Assembly: GCA_021770005.1 (NCBI GenBank)
Contig: JAETRV010000006.1
Location: 4,372-68,371, forward strand
Reading direction: 5' to 3'
From: Anaerotruncus sp.
GTDB lineage: Bacteria; Bacillota; Clostridia; Oscillospirales; Ruminococcaceae
DNA: 64,000 nucleotides
Position numbers and translations under genes: made by a program. Under the pieces are notes generated by a model. The model searched no databases. It saw only the letters and a program-made list of their open reading frames with translations, and was not told where the DNA came from. Below are positions 60,514 to 64,000 of the stretch, in pieces (within the stretch, counting starts at the first letter, position 1; each line of letters starts with the position of its first letter).

Positions 60514-61608
60514 ATGGAATACAGGACCTTGCCCCACGGCGGGGAAAAAATCAGCGTTATCGGCTTAGGAGCAGGCAGCCTGCCGGAAGATGTGGAGCAG
60601 GCCACAAAAATTTTAGACACCGCCATCCAAAACGGTATCAATTTCTTTGACCTGGCGCCGTCCATTCAGGCGCCCTTCTATGCTTATGCCCAGGCTTTTG
60701 CCGGGCGCAGGGACCGGATACTCACGCAGATGCACTTCGGCGCGGTGTATGCGGGCGGAAAATACGGCTGGACCAGAGAGCTGAAGGAAATCAAAGAGCA
60801 GTTTGCCTGGAATTTGCAGACAGTAGGCACCGACTATACCGATTTCGGCTTTATCCACTGCACCGATGACCAGGAGGATCTGGATAAGGTATTGGCTCCC
60901 GGCGGGCTGTGGGATTATATGAAGTTCCTGAAATCGGAGGGAAAAATCCGCCACCTGGGTTTTTCCTCCCATGAACCGGGTGTTGCCCGGCAACTCCTGG
61001 ACACCGGGCTTATCGACCTGTTTATGTTCAGCATCAATCCGGCCTATGATTACCAGAAGGGCGAGTACAGCAAAGGCGAGGTAGCACAGCGCGCCCAACT
61101 CTACCGGGACTGCGAAAAAGAAGGGGTGGGTATCTCGGTGATGAAGCCCTTTGCAGGCGGACAGCTGCTGGATGAAAAGACCTCTTCATTTAAGCGCACC
61201 TTGACCCATACCCAGTGCATCCAGTATGCCCTGGACCGGCCCGCCGTGATGACGGTTCTGCCGGGCGTCCGCAGCTTGGAGGACCTGCATACCGCTTTGG
61301 GATATGTCAGCGCTGCTCCTGAAGAACGGGACTATTCCATCATTGGGGAATTTACCCCAGCTACCGCGGAAGGGGGTTGTGTCTACTGCAACCACTGCCA
61401 GCCCTGTCCTATGGGGCTGAATGTGGGCCTTATCAATAAATATTACGATTTGGCGCTGGCCGGGGACGAGCTGGCAAAAGGGCACTATGACAAGCTGCCT
61501 CTCCATGCCGGTGACTGTGTGAAATGCGGGTACTGTGAAAGCCGCTGTCCTTTCCATGTAAAACAGGAAAGCCGTATGGATGAGATCGCAGCGTATTTTT
61601 CAAAATAA
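60514..61608 (+). CDS. aldo/keto reductase with a C-terminal Fe-S cluster domain
   Basis: 364 aa. MEYRTLPHGGEKISVIGLG... Cys motifs CVYCNHCQPCP and CVKCGYCESRCP. Confidence 0.8.
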   Translation: MEYRTLPHGGEKISVIGLGAGSLPEDVEQATKILDTAIQNGINFFDLAPSIQAPFYAYAQAFAGRRDRILTQMHFGAVYAGGKYGWTRELKEIKEQFAWNLQTVGTDYTDFGFIHCTDDQEDLDKVLAPGGLWDYMKFLKSEGKIRHLGFSSHEPGVARQLLDTGLIDLFMFSINPAYDYQKGEYSKGEVAQRAQLYRDCEKEGVGISVMKPFAGGQLLDEKTSSFKRTLTHTQCIQYALDRPAVMTVLPGVRSLEDLHTALGYVSAAPEERDYSIIGEFTPATAEGGCVYCNHCQPCPMGLNVGLINKYYDLALAGDELAKGHYDKLPLHAGDCVKCGYCESRCPFHVKQESRMDEIAAYFSK

Positions 61609-61630
61609 ATATCGTCAGGAGGTTTTCCCT

Positions 61631-62758
61631 ATGAATGCCAAAAAGCTGGGCTTCGGCCTGATGCGCCTGCCCACAAACGACCCCGCCAACGCCGGGGACA
61701 TTGACATAGAACAGGTCAAAAAGATGGTAGACCTGTTTCTATCGAAGGGCTTTACCTACTTTGATACCGCCTGGATGTACTGCGGCTTTAACAGCGAAGC
61801 CACAGCCAAAACGGTTTTGGTGGATCGTTACCCCAGGGACAGCTTTACCCTGGCCACCAAGCTGCACAACGGCTTTTTCAATTCCCTGGAGGACCGGGAC
61901 AAAATCCTCCGGGAGCAGCTCACCAAGACCGGCGCAAGCTATTTTGACTACTATATGCTCCACGGCATTGAGGAGGGCAGCTACCCCAAATACGAGCAGT
62001 TCGACTGCTTCCATTGGCTCAAGGAGAAAAAGGAGCAGGGGCTGATGAAAACCATCGGCATCTCCTTTCATGCCGGCCCGGAACTGCTGGATGAGATTCT
62101 GACAAAGTATCCGTTTATCGAGTTTGTCCAGCTTCAGATCAACTATCTGGATTGGGAAAGCCAATGGATCCAGTCCCGGCGTTGTTATGAAACTGCGGTG
62201 AAGCACGGCAAGCCCATCATCGTTATGGAGCCGGTGAAGGGCGGCACTCTGGCCAGGGTGCCCGCAGAGGTGGAGAATCTGTTTCGAGCGCACACGCCGG
62301 ATGCCTCCCCCGCCTCCTGGGCCATCCGGTTCGCCACCAACCTGCCGGGGGTGATGATGGTGCTTTCCGGCATGAGCAGTCTGGCCCAGATGGAGGATAA
62401 CCTCCGCTTCATGGAAAACTTCCGGCCGCTGACGGGGGAGGAAAAAGCCTTAACAACCAAGGCGGCGGAACTCATTAACGCCCAGATTGCCGTTCCCTGC
62501 ACCGGCTGCTCCTACTGCACCGAAGGCTGCCCCCAGAAAATCGCTATCCCCCAGTATTTCTCCCTCTACAACGAGGATATGCGGGAGCATCTGGAGGAAA
62601 AGGGGTGGACGGTGAATTTTACAAACTACGAGAATTTGACGAAAAAATTCGGCAAGGCGGGGGACTGTATTGGCTGCGGCCGGTGTGAGGAGATGTGTCC
62701 CCAGCACCTGCCCATTATCCAACATCTGAAAGCGGTGTCCCAGCATTTTGGCGAGTAA
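61631..62758 (+). CDS. aldo/keto reductase with a C-terminal 4Fe-4S domain (paralog of 41975..43102)
   Basis: ORF 61580..62758 trimmed to ATG 61631 (CAGGAGG upstream). MNAKKLGFGLMRLP... Cys motifs CTGCSYCTEGCP and CIGCGRCEEMCP. Confidence 0.8.
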   Translation: MNAKKLGFGLMRLPTNDPANAGDIDIEQVKKMVDLFLSKGFTYFDTAWMYCGFNSEATAKTVLVDRYPRDSFTLATKLHNGFFNSLEDRDKILREQLTKTGASYFDYYMLHGIEEGSYPKYEQFDCFHWLKEKKEQGLMKTIGISFHAGPELLDEILTKYPFIEFVQLQINYLDWESQWIQSRRCYETAVKHGKPIIVMEPVKGGTLARVPAEVENLFRAHTPDASPASWAIRFATNLPGVMMVLSGMSSLAQMEDNLRFMENFRPLTGEEKALTTKAAELINAQIAVPCTGCSYCTEGCPQKIAIPQYFSLYNEDMREHLEEKGWTVNFTNYENLTKKFGKAGDCIGCGRCEEMCPQHLPIIQHLKAVSQHFGE

Positions 62759-62816
62759 TATTCGTCAACATACAAGAGGCCCAGGTCCCCCTGTTATCGG
62801 GGGCCTGGGCCCTTTA

Positions 62817-63698
62817 CTATGCTCCGCACAGCTCCCGCATCTTCTCCAGAAACTTCTGAGCGGGCTTAGAGAGCAGCTGGTACTTCTTCCAGATCATACT
62901 GGCCGTCACCTCGAAGGCAGGGTGCAGAGGGCGGAAACAGAGGTTCGTCCCCTCGGTGTTGATGAGCCGATCAAAGCAGATGGCGTACCCCAGCCCCTCC
63001 GCCACCAGCAGGGAGCCGTTATACAGCAAGGTGTAGGAGGCCACCACATTGAGTTTGGAGGGGTCCTCCGAAACGGCCTGTAGCGTCCGTCCCCCTTCCC
63101 GGCGCTCTTGGGCGGAGATGATGAGGGGCTTGTCCGCGAGGTCTTTCGGGTCTATGAACTCCTTTGCCGCCAGGGGGGAGTCCCGGCGCATCAGCACGCC
63201 GAAGGTGTCGGAAGAGGGCAGGCGGATGGATTCATATTTGGCGTGATCCACCGGAACGTACACCAGCCCAAAGTCGATGAGCCCCCGGTCCAGCTGCTCT
63301 AAAACAAAGACCGCGTTTCCACTGGAAATATGAAAGGAAATGTCCGGGTAGTGTTCCCGCAGCTGGAAAGCCGCCCGGCCCAGGAGGCGGTTTACATCCG
63401 ATTCCCCCGCCCCGATGTAAACATCCCCGGAGACAGCCTCGTCGGAAAGGGCAATCTCATCCTCGGTCTTTTTCATCAGCTGGATGATCTCCTCCGCGCG
63501 TTTACGGAGGATCATCCCCTCCTCGGTGAGAGCGATGCCCTTGTTGCTCCGGGTAAACAGCTGCTTGCCCAGCTCATCCTCCAGGTCCTTTAACTGCCGG
63601 GAGAGGGTGGGTTGGGAGAGGTGCAGCGACTCCGCCGCCCCGGAAAGGCTCTGCTCCCTAGCCACCGCCAGAAAGTATTGCAATACACGAAATTCCAT
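62817..63698 (-). CDS. LysR-family transcriptional regulator
   Basis: ORF 62817..63731 trimmed to ATG 63698. MEFRVLQYFLAVAREQSLSGAAESLHLSQPTLSRQLKDLEDELG. Confidence 0.85.
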   Translation of the reverse strand: MEFRVLQYFLAVAREQSLSGAAESLHLSQPTLSRQLKDLEDELGKQLFTRSNKGIALTEEGMILRKRAEEIIQLMKKTEDEIALSDEAVSGDVYIGAGESDVNRLLGRAAFQLREHYPDISFHISSGNAVFVLEQLDRGLIDFGLVYVPVDHAKYESIRLPSSDTFGVLMRRDSPLAAKEFIDPKDLADKPLIISAQERREGGRTLQAVSEDPSKLNVVASYTLLYNGSLLVAEGLGYAICFDRLINTEGTNLCFRPLHPAFEVTASMIWKKYQLLSKPAQKFLEKMRELCGA

Positions 63699-63848
63699 AA
63701 AATAGCACCTCCAATATTGGCAGTATAGCACAGATAACTATGTCTGTCAAACATAAACAAATATTTGAAATAAGTATTTGTTATCTTTATTTTCTCATGC
63801 TATCATAAAAGCCAGTAAAAGAGTTTTCCCGAAGGAGGAGCGCATCCC

Positions 63849-64000
63849 ATGAAAAAAACAGTTTCCCTGCTCAGCCTGTTTTTGACTTTCTCTTTGCTTC
63901 TGACAGGCTGCGGTGTCGGGCAGACAACATCTCAGTCTTCCCCTCCGGCCAACAGCTCTTCCCGCAGCCAAGCAACATCCATCTCGAAAAATGAGGCTTC
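63849..64000 (+). CDS. lipoprotein, N-terminal fragment (runs off the right edge)
   Basis: ATG 63849 with AGGAGGAG upstream. MKKTVSLLSLFLTFSLLLTGCGVGQ has a lipobox. Confidence 0.55.
   Translation, partial: MKKTVSLLSLFLTFSLLLTGCGVGQTTSQSSPPANSSSRSQATSISKNEA

Overview
This is a 64-kb high-GC window whose gene content looks Clostridia-like; the taxon is only an inference. From 1 to 22.6 kb the genes look chromosomal: a Cache-domain sensor fragment; a LysR-linked catabolic locus (HyuA/HyuB hydantoinase/oxoprolinase-family pair, TRAP transporter DctPQM, a TIM-barrel isomerase-like enzyme, three paralogous cupins); tRNA-Thr(CGU); coaX; a class A PBP; a sortase-anchored surface protein; an M23 peptidase; and initiator tRNA-fMet. 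Four intergenic tracts in this part are filled with a shared family of GC-rich hairpin modules. From 22.7 to 60.3 kb lies an integrative element next to tRNA-fMet, with a decayed tyrosine integrase and Xis. It has two minus-strand operons of about 10-11 kb, each preceded by the same ~210-bp promoter-leader-terminator cassette. Operon A (38.1 -> 27.4 kb) encodes a JAMM/JAB peptidase, a ThiF/E1-like enzyme, an E2-like protein, an NPPY methyltransferase, a Rad52-like annealase, a Rad50/SbcC-like ATPase and a primase. Operon B (60.0 -> 50.0 kb) encodes an SNF2 helicase, a sliding clamp, a sigma factor, a MoxR ATPase, SSB and a VWA protein. About 11 kb of efflux, redox and transport genes sit between the two operons. 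I see no capsid, tail, relaxase or T4SS genes. The main observations are: the duplicated structured leader; the ubiquitin-like conjugation gene set; eight element proteins ending in Ala-Ala; three homopolymer-linked frame breaks (one at a G_GGA_AAA slippery heptamer, one fusing JAB to E1); a ~630-nt promoter-to-terminator unit with no ORF; and phased TGTAAC-N5 boxes beside cell-wall genes. All similarity statements come from manual reading and remembered family signatures. No database search was run.
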